Shown here one piece after another: positions 51,029 through 64,000 of a DNA stretch of 64,000 nucleotides. Below the pieces are notes generated by a model that saw only the letters and a program-made list of their open reading frames with translations, had not been told where the DNA came from and searched no databases. The position numbers and the translations under genes were made by a program. Positions within the stretch are counted from its first letter, which is position 1; each line of letters begins with the position of its first letter. Origin of the DNA: Octopus sinensis (Eukaryota). The DNA is taken from assembly GCF_006345805.1 (NCBI RefSeq), contig NC_042999.1, positions 100,006,001 through 100,070,000 on the forward strand, written 5' to 3'.

Positions 51029-53169
51029 TAGAATTGGATAGCAATATATATAATACGCTATGTGTATTTGTGTACATATCTACAAATTTTGTAATACACA
51101 ACCCTTTCAAGTTGTGGAAGTTGTTCCACCTTATATGATTTACATTTTAAATCATCAAACAGGGGCTCTACTTACTAACTGGAGTCGGTCTATTTATTTT
51201 TTGTACTCGAAAGTTAACTATGCGGTCTCTTTTATATCATAATGCTCAACTAATGCTTATATGTTCATAAATTCTGATTATTAAGTTAATTTTCAAATTA
51301 AATAAAATTTGCTTTTTCAAAAATTATTTCAAGGAAGCATTTTACAATACTTATATATTAAAACATAAGTACAAATCATGAAATAAATGTTTGCACATTC
51401 TTCCCTGCAATGAAGTTGGCTACTATAGTTGTACACCGAATAATCCGTCACAAACTTGAATAAGAGGTTATTCTTACAAAGTAATTTGTAAATGAATAAG
51501 TTAAATGATATTCTGAAAATACATTCAAATAAGTAATAAATGCAAATCCAGAGATAGGGAAAATGCGAAATCATTCTAGAGGATAATCCAAAGAAAATAG
51601 GGGGAAATCAACCCCGAGAATATACTGTCTCAAAGTGTCTTAGCTAAATATCGCAAAAAATTTATTCTAATTACTGTAGCTTTCCTTCACTTTAACATCC
51701 TGAAATAAATAGCAATAATGATATGTTGTTCAGTAAAAAAAACCACATTATGAAGGGAATTAATAATAAATGTAATATTTACACCTTCTTTATATTTCAG
51801 TAAAGTTATTGGTTGGTTTCGAATGGGACTTTAAACCGGCTAGCAGTATCAAATGCTGTTTATTTAAAAAAGAGAGAGAGAAAGAAATAATTGGGCAGAA
51901 TTTATAGAATGAATCTCGTATACAAGTAATGTCAATAAGTTTCTCAAAGGAAATCCTTTTCGATCAACCTCTGTTGTATCCACCCAAAATAACGTCAATA
52001 TAAAATCCATATAAGAAGTTCAAGTACAATACTCAGTTACTGTTTATTTTTCATCACTCTAAAGAGCATATGGAACGTTGTTACATATTTAAGAACCAAG
52101 AAATATAATATCCTTGTTTGGGAGTGGATAACTCAGATGCTTTTATGAGTAATAATTGTATCATTTGTCTGAAAACAGTCAATAAACTTAAAATAACATA
52201 TTTATGTAAAAGATACTTCAGCACAATATACTACTAAAATCTTGACTTTTATCAAATTGATGATTTGTAAGATATCAATTGCTGAACCTTTTCAAGAAAA
52301 CTTATCAGAAGAAAAGGTTAGGCTAACATTTACACCATAATCACCGGATTTCTTCTCAATTCGCTAACAAAGACTACTCGACTGTAAAATCAATGTTTAC
52401 GACATAAAATTGACCTTACCGTGAACATAATGGAGTTTGATAGCGTGAAAGAAGAGTTTTGTCAGAACTGAAGTTTTAGGTATTACCCAGTAGATTAAAA
52501 TAGAAACTGAATAGCTATTACATTGAAGCTGTCATGTTTTCGTAAAAAAAAAGTTTGAAGTACAGTGTATATTTGGCAAAATATAAAGTACATTTTAATT
52601 CATACCAATTGAGAATTTGGAATGTATATTTATTCGTTCATAACATCGAAGTTCAACGATACGGTCTTTTACTGTATATATGGTCAATAAATACATAGAT
52701 ATGTGTTCGTGTTGCTGTTCTTCTACTTCTTCTTGATAGCGTTCGTGGCAGAGGTAGTGATGGTCAACCTTGATTAAGGAAACTTAAGATCAAATATTTA
52801 AACCGTGATCATTTGCTTTACTTTTTTTAAGGAGTGATTGCGCAGGTGTTCCCTCGTTAGCTAATCATGCTGCTGTTTTATTTTTAGTAGAGCCTGGGAT
52901 ATATCAGGTGTTACAAGCTTAAAATACATCTACAGATACAATACTTAAACACTGTCAATGGTCCATCCCAGAGTTACTGTGTTTCAGATCATAAAACGTA
53001 ACGTACATCTATATTCAGACAACCTAATCTACGTCCCTCACGCCTAGAATCGCGCCCACGTTTCATTCTACTTACTTCCACCACAGATCACCCCTTTCCA
53101 AATCATAACACATTTTTACCAAATTAAAATCCTTTTAATTAATACTATAACCAATGGAACTGGAATGCG

Positions 53170-53410
53170 TTTTCTTATTTGAAGGCCATCTTTTTTATCC
53201 AGGTATTTTTTGTATCTTTGTTGGGTGTTTATTTTTCTTTGACTTGCATACGCAGCTCAATTTTCAGAAGCATTGGAATCTGCGTGTTTTATCTTTATTT
53301 GATATCCTTCTCTAAAGCTGACTGTTGTCTCTTCAGTAATTCTATTCAAATACTGACTTTCCCAATTTTATTCTGTGTTTGCTTTTCTTTCATACTTCAC
53401 CGAACACTGT
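53170..53410 (-). mobile_element. Possible decayed RTE-type RT fragment
   Basis: The minus strand SKHRIKLGKSVFE...RDNSQL..ISNKDKTRRFQCF weakly resembles the RTE RRIA.AK..F...N.QLS..TK region; many stops. Confidence 0.35.
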
Positions 53411-55019
53411 TAATGTTGATTATCTGTTAAACTACTTCAAAATAGTAAATTCTCATATCAACAAACACAAATTCGTACGCAAAGGGTGTAGTCAATATAA
53501 TGAATCTCATTAATCGAATACTACTCATTTTATCTAGCCCAAGAGCAGGTGAGAAGAAAGCCAAAATCGACCCTGTTGTAATTTAAAGCGAGCACGTAAA
53601 TGGTCAAACCCTTTGCAATCCATTGCCCTCTTTATAACTGGTCTACCGATGCTGCTGTTCATTATCCCTGTGATCATAATAAAAAATGGTTCTCACATAA
53701 ACAAAAAGCCTGAAATTTCAGGAGCTGTGAAACGTATCGAAAACCAATATCATACAAATATTTATTTTAGCGACTCCAAAACGATGGAAGCCTACATTTA
53801 CCTGGGGAGTGCTGTCATCCACCACTTTAAGCAATGATTTGAACATAAACACAGTGCACTGGGGGAAAGAAGAGGCAGTTAAATATAACACAGTAATTAA
53901 CCGTTAACTATTTTAACAACCCCGGTAAGTATTTAAAGTTAGTCTATGGTTCATCCGACTACACCAAATATCTAGAGAATGCACGCACTTTTCTCTGGTG
54001 TGCTTTCATTAAATATAGTATCGAGTACATCAAATATTGTATCCATAGATTCGATATGTTTACCTAGATACGGACGCTGCTTATTCTCCAGCTCTTTTCC
54101 TTTTTGTTGAATCCTGTTTGCGATAGAACAATGTATCTATACGATGCACTAAAATAGTATCAGTAGCGCCCCATTAATAAATTAAGACTAACAGAAACTG
54201 ATCCAAGTTTAACGGCTAAATTAAGCGTGTAAAGTCTACGAATTTTAAACGTTAAGCTGTTATATTTATGCCTCCCCACCCCAAAGAGTATCGCAATGAA
54301 AGAGAGATAAAATTTTTCCAAACCAAGGATAGAAACCGGAACGTGAGCACACTTAAGTAAACTACTCCCTACAGTGTATGAATGTACCTAACAAACGTAA
54401 AGCAAATTTTGTAACCTGTTTCTCTTAGACCGATTATATTTTTATCAGATGTACTTTTCGTGGCAAGCATTTATCTGTCAATCACAAAAAGCAGGAAACT
54501 TTGAAGAACATCAATGCCTTATGATTACTTCAGTAACATTTTCTTTTTTTACATTTTCGTTCATGCAAAACAGTTTACCCTCATCATTTCATTTACGTAA
54601 CAAAAGTAAAACTATCTATTTCCGAATAATTCAGCGTATTTTAACTAATAGTCAAGGAAAAACTGAAATTACCGATCCTTCATTCAATAAAACTGTTTCA
54701 CGGCTGGAAATGTAATTCTTGCCGAGAAAGATATGATGGGAGTTAGGCGGCGAAGGATAGAAGATAAGGAATAGGAAAATCTTTTGTAGCGACACTAGAT
54801 ATAAACTCTAGTCATTTAAACGGTCGATATCAAAGCACATTCAAATATGACAATAGGATAGTCTAAGTGCAGTATTTACTTAAGCTGAATAAAGATATAA
54901 AAACAGAGCCAATTATAATCGCAACACCAAGAACGATATTAAAATTTCAACTACAGGAGTGCCAATCAAGATGTACATCACTTTGATCAATATATTGAGT
55001 ATAGCTTTATAATAAATCT

Positions 55020-55384
55020 ATTACATACATACGCGTACACACATTTATATATATGTGTGTGTGCACATATATACATGCATATATATACATGTATACATAC
55101 ATACATATATAGATATATAGAGAGAGAGAGAAACAGAGACAGTAAGAGAGAGAAGGTGAGAGAGAGATTTATATACATTCATTTATGAGTGTGGATATGT
55201 GTGCAATCTTTTATTAACTGTGATTGCAACGCGAGTTCTTCAAAGGTACTTGTTATACAAAAGTACATCAACTCACATACGTGCATATATATGCATATAC
55301 ATATGTGTGTGTATATATATATATATATATATACATACGTGTGTGTGTGTGTATATGTATGTGTGTGTATATATATATATATAT

Positions 55385-55435
<51 letters not shown>

Positions 55436-55560
55436 TACTACACATATATACATATATATTTATACGCATGCACACACAGATACATACATGCACGTACTCA
55501 TACATGTGAACGTATTTTTATGTATGTGTGTGCGTGCGTGTGCGCGTGTATACAAATACG
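55020..55560. repeat. Compound (TA)n/(GA)n/(TG)n/(GATA)n microsatellites
   Basis: Direct inspection. Confidence 0.92.
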
Positions 55561-56140
55561 GTAAACGTGTCGGATTAATCTGAAAGTAACATACAAACCT
55601 AACATCACACAATATAATGAGACATGAAAGGAGTGTCAATCTTTCCTAATGATAACACAGAAAACGACCGATTTCCATAAATATAAATGTGTTTGTATAG
55701 ACAATACAATTTTTTTCTCACTATGTTTATTACAAAAAATTGAATGCCATAGAGGGAAAAAAACATGGCTAAATTTATCATCATGAGTGTCAGGTCAATT
55801 CAATTAACAGAAAAATAACAAAAAATGCTCTGAAATTGACATATAACAACATTATTTTCTGGTAGCAAGTTTCTTGTTCACCGGCACATTTAGAGGAGAA
55901 TATTCTCGTAAATGAATAGCTGAAATGTCAGCTAGTAGGCACCGTGATGTGTTTCTAACAAAATATTGCAAATGTTAGTGTTATAAATACGATGATTCTT
56001 ATCTCTGAAAGTGTTTTGTTGATTTGCGATGAAGAATCTGCGACTAAAGCTTGATGCTAGGGTCTTTTTGACAAGGTGACCATAGTTTAGGTAAATGTCA
56101 AAAATTTAGTCAAATAATATTAATATTAACGATTGTGTAT

Positions 56141-56330
56141 AAGGTGGTAGAATTGTTAGTATGCCGGGCAAAATGCTTAGCGGAATTTCATCCATTGTAC
56201 GTTGTGAGTTGAAATTCCGAGAATGCCGACTTTGCCTTTCATCCTTTAGGGTTCGATAAAATAAGTACCAGTTGAGCACTGGTCGAGTTACTCCCTCCCC
56301 AGAAATTGCTGGCCTTGTGACACAATTTTT
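56141..56330 (+). mobile_element. tRNA-headed SINE (core family)
   Basis: gaattgttagtatgccgggcaaaatgcttagcgg...gagttgaaattcc...gactttgcctttcatcctttagggttcgataaaataagtaccag. Confidence 0.88.
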
Positions 56331-57889
56331 AAATATTACCTTTTGACTATCTTGCATAATCTACAAATTGCTATATGGCTTTATCAAGGCACAGCAATGT
56401 CTTTTAAATTTGCTGTCTTTGGCAGAGGTGAATAGGAAATTGTGTATGAAGGTATGGAATTATCCTGAGCGGAAATCTCATCCTAGAACATCTGATCTAA
56501 AAGCTTACAACATAATGCACACCATTAAAAGCACACAGATGCCTTTACTTATATGCTAGGTCGCAGTGTTTAGCTGGTCGGCTGAATAGATCGACGACCA
56601 AAAATACTTTACAATCCAACGGTCTTCTACACCGTTTCTGTCTAACTCAGTTTCACGTAGATGTTAGGATTTCATCTCAGGATGTTTCAGAAGATATGAA
56701 TCTTTACTCACGTAATCGAAAATTAAATGTCCTAAGCTAACGCTCGTGGCTATGCCCAAAGTTTAAAAAACATTTCACATTTGTCAAACATGTAGTTTTC
56801 AGCTTTAACGTTGATCTTATTTAATCCAAATCTTGTCAAGCAGATACGTGATCGATTAGAGTAGAGGCTACTACCGCTTGAAACATCAGGGTGTAACTGG
56901 AGAGCCTTTTGGTTGCTATATTTACCAGAACGAGTGGTCATGTAAAGGCTTCTCATTGTCTTGTGGTTACAACTTGCTCTTGTTTAATTCTGGGCATAAA
57001 AAATATAACACAAACCAGAAATTTGAAAACCTAGTGTATTTTTATAAGTCAAGTTACAATAATTGCTAACATGTGTACGTGACATATCTGTCAGCAATTC
57101 TTGTTTTACATTCATCTTCGGCCCAAATAAAATAACCTGAGAACCAAGACCAATTTTTCATCACAGATTAAACGAATGACCTTCATTTCTCTAACCTGAT
57201 TTCTGTCTTTCTTTCACTCTTCATGTTTGTTTACTTGCCTATTTTTCTGCTTTATATTTCGCAACTGCGTAATTTGTAAAAATGTGTTCGTACGTACGTA
57301 TATTAGTTACCTTCATACGTATATTAGTTACACATTTATTATTATCATTTACTATTTACTACCATAACAAACATATATTCACACACATGTAAAGTTATAT
57401 GAGATATCTCTTAACTCCAGCTGGAAAGCCACACCTCTTTTTTCCTATTTCTGCTTTAGTTTGTGGATATCTGATAATCTTGCTTTTTCATTTTCCTTTA
57501 AAATTATATATTACGTATACTTTCCTTTAAAGTGATATATTAAGTGCTGTGTGTTTGATTTTGATTGTATTATGTGTTGTATGTTTGGTTTTGAAATTTC
57601 ACTGTCGTAATATACTTCAAAGTTTTCTCAAATAATTGTAGCTCAATATCACATGAATTAATAACTAGACATAACCTTGTAATTTTCGGTCACATTTTAA
57701 CATATACTCGTTTTACACGCTTCATTTCTATCTATCGGTAAATTCTTTTAAACGGATTACGCCTTCTCGAAACACCAAAGTGTAAAATACACGTTTCTAG
57801 CAAAGGAGCTGTATATGTGTGATTCCATATATATGTGTGTGAGTGATTACACATGTATATACACACACAAACACACACACACACTCAGA

Positions 57890-58870
57890 GGAGGGGTGTA
57901 CATTAAAGATTCCCTCTGACTCACTTTCGAAGGACTGGGATAAACGAAACTTGGCATAATTATTAGTCCTTCTCTACGTAGCCACCACCAATGGTGACAC
58001 ACTTCTCCCATCGCTTTATGTAGCTGCGAAGATCTCGTCTTTAGAAGTCGTTAGGTTGCGTCTGGAGCCAAGACTTTACCTCGGAAATAAGTTCATCATC
58101 ATCCGAAAAGTGCTTCCCTTTCAAAAAAGACTTCATGTTTGGAAAGAGGTGGAAGTCAGATGGTGCAGAATCGGAAAAGTAATGGGGATGAGGAAGGATT
58201 TCATAGCTACAGGAGTGTCCTTTCCTCTGGGCAACATGCGCATTATGAACTTGGGCGTTGTATTGGAGGAGGCGGACTCCTTTTGCTCAGAATACCATGC
58301 GTCTCTGCTTTGATGGCATCCTGCAATTTCTGCATCAGAAATGCATAATATTCCCCATTAATTGTGGCGCCCTTGCCAGAAAATCCATCATCACTTCTTC
58401 GCGCTGATCCTAAAAAATTATGAGCATCACCATGCCTGCTGAGTATTGGACACGAGCCTTCTTTGGAGTTATCATGCTTCCATTGCTTTGGCTGGACTTT
58501 AGTCTCAGAATCATAGTGATGGACCTTTGTTTCATCTTGTGTGATAACTCTGCCGAAAAAGTCCTACTCGTTTTCTTGGTGCATTGCCAACAGAGCCTGG
58601 GGGCAATTGACTCGTGGCCACTTCTGAAAAGGTGTGAGCATCCGGAGAATCCATCGTGCTGGTAACTTCTGTATGTGCGAATGGTGAGATAACAACTTAG
58701 GTATTCTTTCAAATTACCTTCCGTAATCTGTAGTATATACTTCGAATTCATGCCCAAGCACGTGTATTCTCATCCAAATTGGAGACGAGTACCAACACTT
58801 CCTTGTTTCACGCGTGAATACTCATGAAAATCTCTTCACATGAAACAATTGGCTGCCTTGTTAACCAACG
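57890..58870 (-). mobile_element. Mariner (DD34D-type) transposase relic with one TIR
   Basis: With frameshifts the minus strand reads ARWILRMLTPFQK, FFGRVITQDETKVHHYDSETK, KKARVQYSAGMVMLIIF, TINGEYYA, SAPSDFHLFP, GKHFSDDDELISEVKSWL, KRWEKCVTIGGGYVEKD. The TIR gaggggtgtacattaaag is at 57891; the other TIR is missing. Confidence 0.93.
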
Positions 58871-59580
58871 AATGGAGTATGTATATATATATGAGACCGA
58901 CGAGCTTCATTCCTGCGACGAACCTATGAAGCTTTAAGGAGACGAATCAAGCTATATAAATATCCGTTTTGTTTAGGTCAATGGACGTTAATTTATTCCT
59001 AGACGCCAATTCTCTGCATGAAACTCACTATAATTTCTGTTATCTTAATCTGCACACACTCACGCTTAGACAAGCAAACTCGTACGATCACACGTACGAA
59101 GTAAAAGAGTTGGGAACAGAAAATGTGTACATCTGTGTGATTGAGTGTGTGTTTATAAATGTGAGCGTGTCTGCGTCTGCTTTTGTATGTGTGCATATGG
59201 ACATGCATATATATACCTATGTGTGAGACGATAAAAAAATAGAAGTTGGAAATTCAGGAAGAGGAAGAGGAGAAAGAAAGAGAAATTATAAAAATGCAGA
59301 AGACAGCAGACTCACACAAACATAAACGCGAATATACACAACATTATATATAAACAGAGAAACACGAGCACACACTCTCACCTGTGTGTGTGTATATGTG
59401 TGTGTGTGTATTTATGTGTCTCTGCGTATGTGTGTGTGTGCGTGCGTGTGTGCGTGTGTGCGTCCGTATGTTTGTGTGTATGCATATGTATAGTAATTAA
59501 TATAAGTCAAGAATATGCAAACGGTAGTGGATGCATATAAACATTAAATAAATCCGGCCAGCTTGTCATATATATGCACA

Positions 59581-60008
59581 GACGCAAGCATGGCTGTGTG
59601 ATAAAAAGCTTGTCTCCTAACCACATGGTTCCGAGTTTAATCCCACTGCGTGGCACCTTGGACAAGTGCCTTATACTATAGCCTCAAGTCGAATAAAGCC
59701 TTGTGTGGGGGTTTGGTAGACGGAAACACAAAAACAAAACCTACATGTGTGTTCGTGTGTGTGTTTGTGTGCGTTTGAATGTCTGTATCTTTCTACCTGT
59801 ATTTTATTCCCTATTACCGCTAGACAACCGGTGATGACGGGTTTACTTCCCCGTAAATTAGCGACTCGGAAAACAAGAACTGATAGAATAAGCACCATGC
59901 TTTAAAAAAAACAAGTTCTCAGGTCGATTCATTCAAGTAAATATTTTTCGATGTGATGCTGCAGCTTGGCCGCAGTCAAATGACTATAACGAGTAAAAGA
60001 TAAAAGAG
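59581..60008 (+). mobile_element. Full-length tRNA-headed SINE with internal (TG)n
   Basis: Head gacgcaagcatggctgtgtgataaaaagcttg...ggttccgagtttaatccc; body and tail colinear with 1653-1981 and 13638-14020. Confidence 0.88.
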
Positions 60009-61203
60009 ACATGATACATCAAATTCATAAGTACCAAATACATGCATATAAGACACGAGTGTTTGTATGTACATGCATATATATACGTATGCGTGTGAAA
60101 TATATAATTTACTACAAACATTTTCCTGGGCATGACATTTTTATGTAATTAATTACCTGTAGTGTGTGGCGATTTGCACAACTTAATATAGCCATCATAT
60201 TTGTAAACAGATTTTCTTTTGTATATAACTTTTCAGGAATTAGAGGTTTTTTGTATATCACTAATTTCACATTTTAAAAAGTCACCTTTTTTTTTTTTTG
60301 TAAATATCCTAATAATTTTCCTCGTTTTGCGGTCCAAATATATATTAATTACTTAATCTTTGAGATTTCTTTTTACTAAAACAGGTGTTTTCCTACTTTT
60401 TAACGCTTGTATATTATCTAAGTTTCACACCCCTTGTAAAATTTTCATGCCAGACAAAATATTTTTAAATTCAATAATATTTCTGTTCTACATAACTGAA
60501 ATTGCGTTCAGTAACAATTGGTAAATAACCTATAATTTATCATATTTAGCACAGCTTGTAAAGTTTATTTGCTGCGTTTTACTATTCATAAAAATTACTT
60601 GAAGTCACTATATAGAAAAAATCTCACCTTAAGTTTTTAACGGTGCGAACGTTGAAATGTCATTAACGTAAACTAGAAATCTAATCTCTTCAGCAGCACA
60701 GTCGGTACATCTCTCCAAATATCTTACCGAAATAGTCATATGCTATTTAATTCTATTAATAAAATAATTTTAAATTCAACCGTAAGATTTGATCGTATCT
60801 TATCTTCCTCGCTTTTCTCATATTCTAAATTGTTTTAATATATTATAATTTATTGTTTTATAAGCATACCTAAAAACAACTTCTTATTTTAGCAGCGGCC
60901 TCTAGCCGATTAAATAGCTAAACCTTGCCTCATTGTTTATACCGTTTACAAGTATTTTTGCTGTAGAGTAAAAACTATAATCCATTAAGTGCACATTGTA
61001 TAGTGAGAATCTATACCATATAGTACTTAGTAGTTTTTTCATTACATTTTGACAGATATGAACGTGAATACCTGAATGCTGTTGTTTTCCGACATCAGAG
61101 AACACCTTCTCCCTTTACACAGCATGTGATCATAACACATGCAATTCACCATCTGACAGAAAACAACTCTTTTTTTTCTTTTTTTCTGTGCTTGTTTGCA
61201 TGC

Positions 61204-61248
<45 letters not shown>

Positions 61249-61259
61249 GTGATAGACGA

Positions 61260-61455
61260 ATGATGACATGGGATCGAATCAGCTGGAAGCGCACAGTAAG
61301 TTACAACTTTCGTCTGTCTTCTATGCCTCAAACCATACAAATTTGCAATGGGATTGAATAGTCATCTGAGAGGTCGTGGATGGAAGGTCAAAAATGTCAT
61401 TGACAATAAGGAAGCACAAGAAGATGGTATTTATCTGTGAAAATGGAGCAAGCCC
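61260..61455 (+). mobile_element. RTE-like LINE 3' relic with a degenerate C2H2 finger
   Basis: WDRISWKRTV (resembles RTE DR..WR..V), then after a frameshift FVCLLCLKPYKFAMGLNSHLRGR (C-X2-C-X12-H-X3-R; last His cat to cgt), followed by a TATG-type tail. Confidence 0.55.
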
Positions 61456-61919
61456 ATGTATGTATATATGCACTGTGCATATATGTGTTGGCGTATCTGT
61501 ATGTTTATACCTTTCAGTGATACACAGGGGTGAAAAGGGTAAACGTTGATGAGAAATATCGATAAAACCTCTGCTTTCAAACGAAGAGTTCTTGTGAAAT
61601 GTTTCTACCTGAACTTCGTAGACAAGTTGCTTTTTCATACACTCGTTTGAAAAAGTAAATATACTGAATCTATGATTAGCCCATTGCAAATTTGTATATT
61701 GATCCAGGAATAATTTGCATACAATTTAGTAATTTGCCGAGCATAAGCAAATAATTTCCATAACTACTTTGAGGTCTAATCAAACGGCTATAAAACATTC
61801 TTTTAAAAAAGGCACCTGGTTCATTAGACATCTCTTTCCTTAAAAGTTTTCCAGAGTATATAAAGATATACAGAAATATGATTAAGTATGCATAACAGTT
61901 ATTAGTCAATTGTTTATTA

Positions 61920-61953
<34 letters not shown>

Positions 61954-62019
61954 AAAGTGAAAGAGCGCGAGAGAGAATCATATATATCATACTTGTGTTG
62001 GCTTAACAATACAATTCTC

Positions 62020-62026
62020 TCACCCG

Positions 62027-62085
<59 letters not shown>

Positions 62086-62092
62086 TGTCTCT
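62020..62092. repeat. (CT)n microsatellite
   Basis: Direct inspection. Confidence 0.95.
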
Positions 62093-64000
62093 CATTTTCG
62101 AAAAGTTAACAAAATAGTTCTTCTTCACAATACCTGTCACTCCGTATCGTCTTTGACAAATATAGCTCATTGGACTATACAAAACTTGAACTAAGCAATA
62201 AACTATAGAAAACAAGTTCTATACGGTGGTTTTGTACAGCCCAGAATTCAAACTTGTGACTACTTAACTATTTATTAGTAAATAAAAAAAATAACGTTTT
62301 TTCTCACCGTTGGTTTCAAAAGTAATGTCTTAAAGATTCCCTTATATCTTCTTCCTGTTATACACATTGTATCCTACAAGACGAAACATAACAATAGAAC
62401 GGCAAACTATTTATGGCCATAGCTCCATCCGGTATTTTCATCAATAACTATTTGATTTTTACATTTTTATTTCATGTATCCACTTTCATTTGACAATTGC
62501 TTTTAGAAATTTGATGACTTTGTAATTTCGAATGTCTAATTTTTCATTGTGTACTCATGTTCAGTTGATCTTCTCTCTCTATTCCTCTTTGTTTACAGTC
62601 TATCAAGCACCTGTCAATTTCATTCGAATCGAACTCACATCAGAGCTTTCACGATAATGTCTTTCCTCAATCTGTGTTTACTCGAGTTGTTTTAGAATAT
62701 ATAGTTTCCAATATTGAATTTGTATCATTTACCCTAATATAATGTAAGCGTTTCTCACTACATCGACAGTGAGTGTAGACATTTCAAATGCGCGTTCTTA
62801 TTCTGCATTCATGTATATGCATTTATATCTACAGTTATGTGTATATCTGTGTGTGTGTCTGCATATGTTGGTCTGCATGTGTAGGTCTGCATGTGTGGGT
62901 CTGCATGTGTGTGAGTGTGTCACTATTATTTGGAATCTAGTGCTGACGTCATTTTAGTATTCCTTTTAGAATACGAAGACTACTGATTTACGATAGTAAA
63001 TCATTTAACGTTAACAGAAGATTCGGCATTTGTACTACGGTTGCCAGTCCCTTCTCTGATTCTCTCTAACAAATTAATGTGAGTCACTGAATCTTTCTTT
63101 CAAAATCAAATCAAACTTGTGATTCTGATTCCCAGCTAAGTTTACCGGGAGATACTACAATTTTGCACATGGTATTTTTAAATGTATTGATTATTCTTCC
63201 TGTCGATGAAATAAAGCTTCGAAGATATTGCTTAGCGATATACATATGGCAAACCAGCTACCTACTAAATAGCCGCTCCAGCTGATGATGTAGCAACAAG
63301 GTTCCCTCAAATAAACATACTGTTCTAAAAATTGAAAGGAAAAAATGCAGGATAATGTGATATATTATCCATGACATATACAGTCGTGAGTCTTTTTTGA
63401 AGAACATTTTATGATGAGCGTACCCGATTTGGTAACCTAGACTAATAACAGCTAGAAGTGCCAATCGCATTTTAATAACTATTTTGTGCTTAATATGTCT
63501 TAGTAACACTATATATATATATATCTGTGTATCTGGGTGTTTGTGTATAAATGAGTGTGTGCCCTGAGGAAAACGGATTGTCTTTCATAGCATTCATTTA
63601 GAGTGCTGTATTTTTTACACTACCCCTTCTTCACACTCAAATTGGGATGCAGTTTCCCCTAGGTATTTATTTGCCTTCGCTTGAAACAAATATAATCGCA
63701 AAAACTTTAAAGAATTTGTCTTGTGTGACAGTTATCATATATTTGTCCCTCTTTGGAATCCAACTTGCTTCTGGCCATTCTGTATTATTTCTGTTAGTTA
63801 ATTTCTGTTATATATGCATGCGCCTTTTTGTTTTATGCGTTTCCGCCCAATGACCGTGAACATGCTTGGGCCAGCTAGTGTCATCACTTTTTCAAAGACC
63901 TTTCTTTATTTGTGTGTGCATATAAATATATGTATGCATGCATGTTTCTAAGTGTGTGTGTGTGTGTTTATGTATGTATGTATGTATGTATGTATGTATG

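Noticed and set aside
61056-61295. Coding exon between the acceptor ttttgacAG and the donor GTAAGT (YEREYLNAVVFRHQR...)
   Set aside because: The frame crosses a (TG)n tract and stops at 61261 before the donor.

Overview
This is an AT-rich eukaryotic window dominated by repeats. The SINE, LINE and mariner families and the very high microsatellite load look most like a coleoid cephalopod (octopus); this is recognition from memory, not a database result. I find no intact host protein-coding gene, rRNA, functional tRNA or CRISPR array, and most ORFs in the track are translations of microsatellites. What can be supported is: many tRNA-headed SINE copies of at least three families; decayed LINE pieces (CR1/L2-type, R4/Dong-type with RT, CCHC and restriction-like endonuclease motifs, and RTE-type 3' ends with C2H2 fingers); three Tc1/mariner-superfamily relics; two fold-back elements with terminal inverted repeats; and a very young inverted duplication of about 840 bp with template-switch junctions. 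The most interesting signal is a composite element made of a tRNA-like Pol III head, an (AAT)n spacer and a Penelope-type terminal repeat carrying a minimal type I hammerhead ribozyme. It occurs as a palindromic pair at 41404-41869, with a third ribozyme-bearing copy at 48432-48605. Coordinates were counted by eye and may be off by a few bases at degenerate ends.
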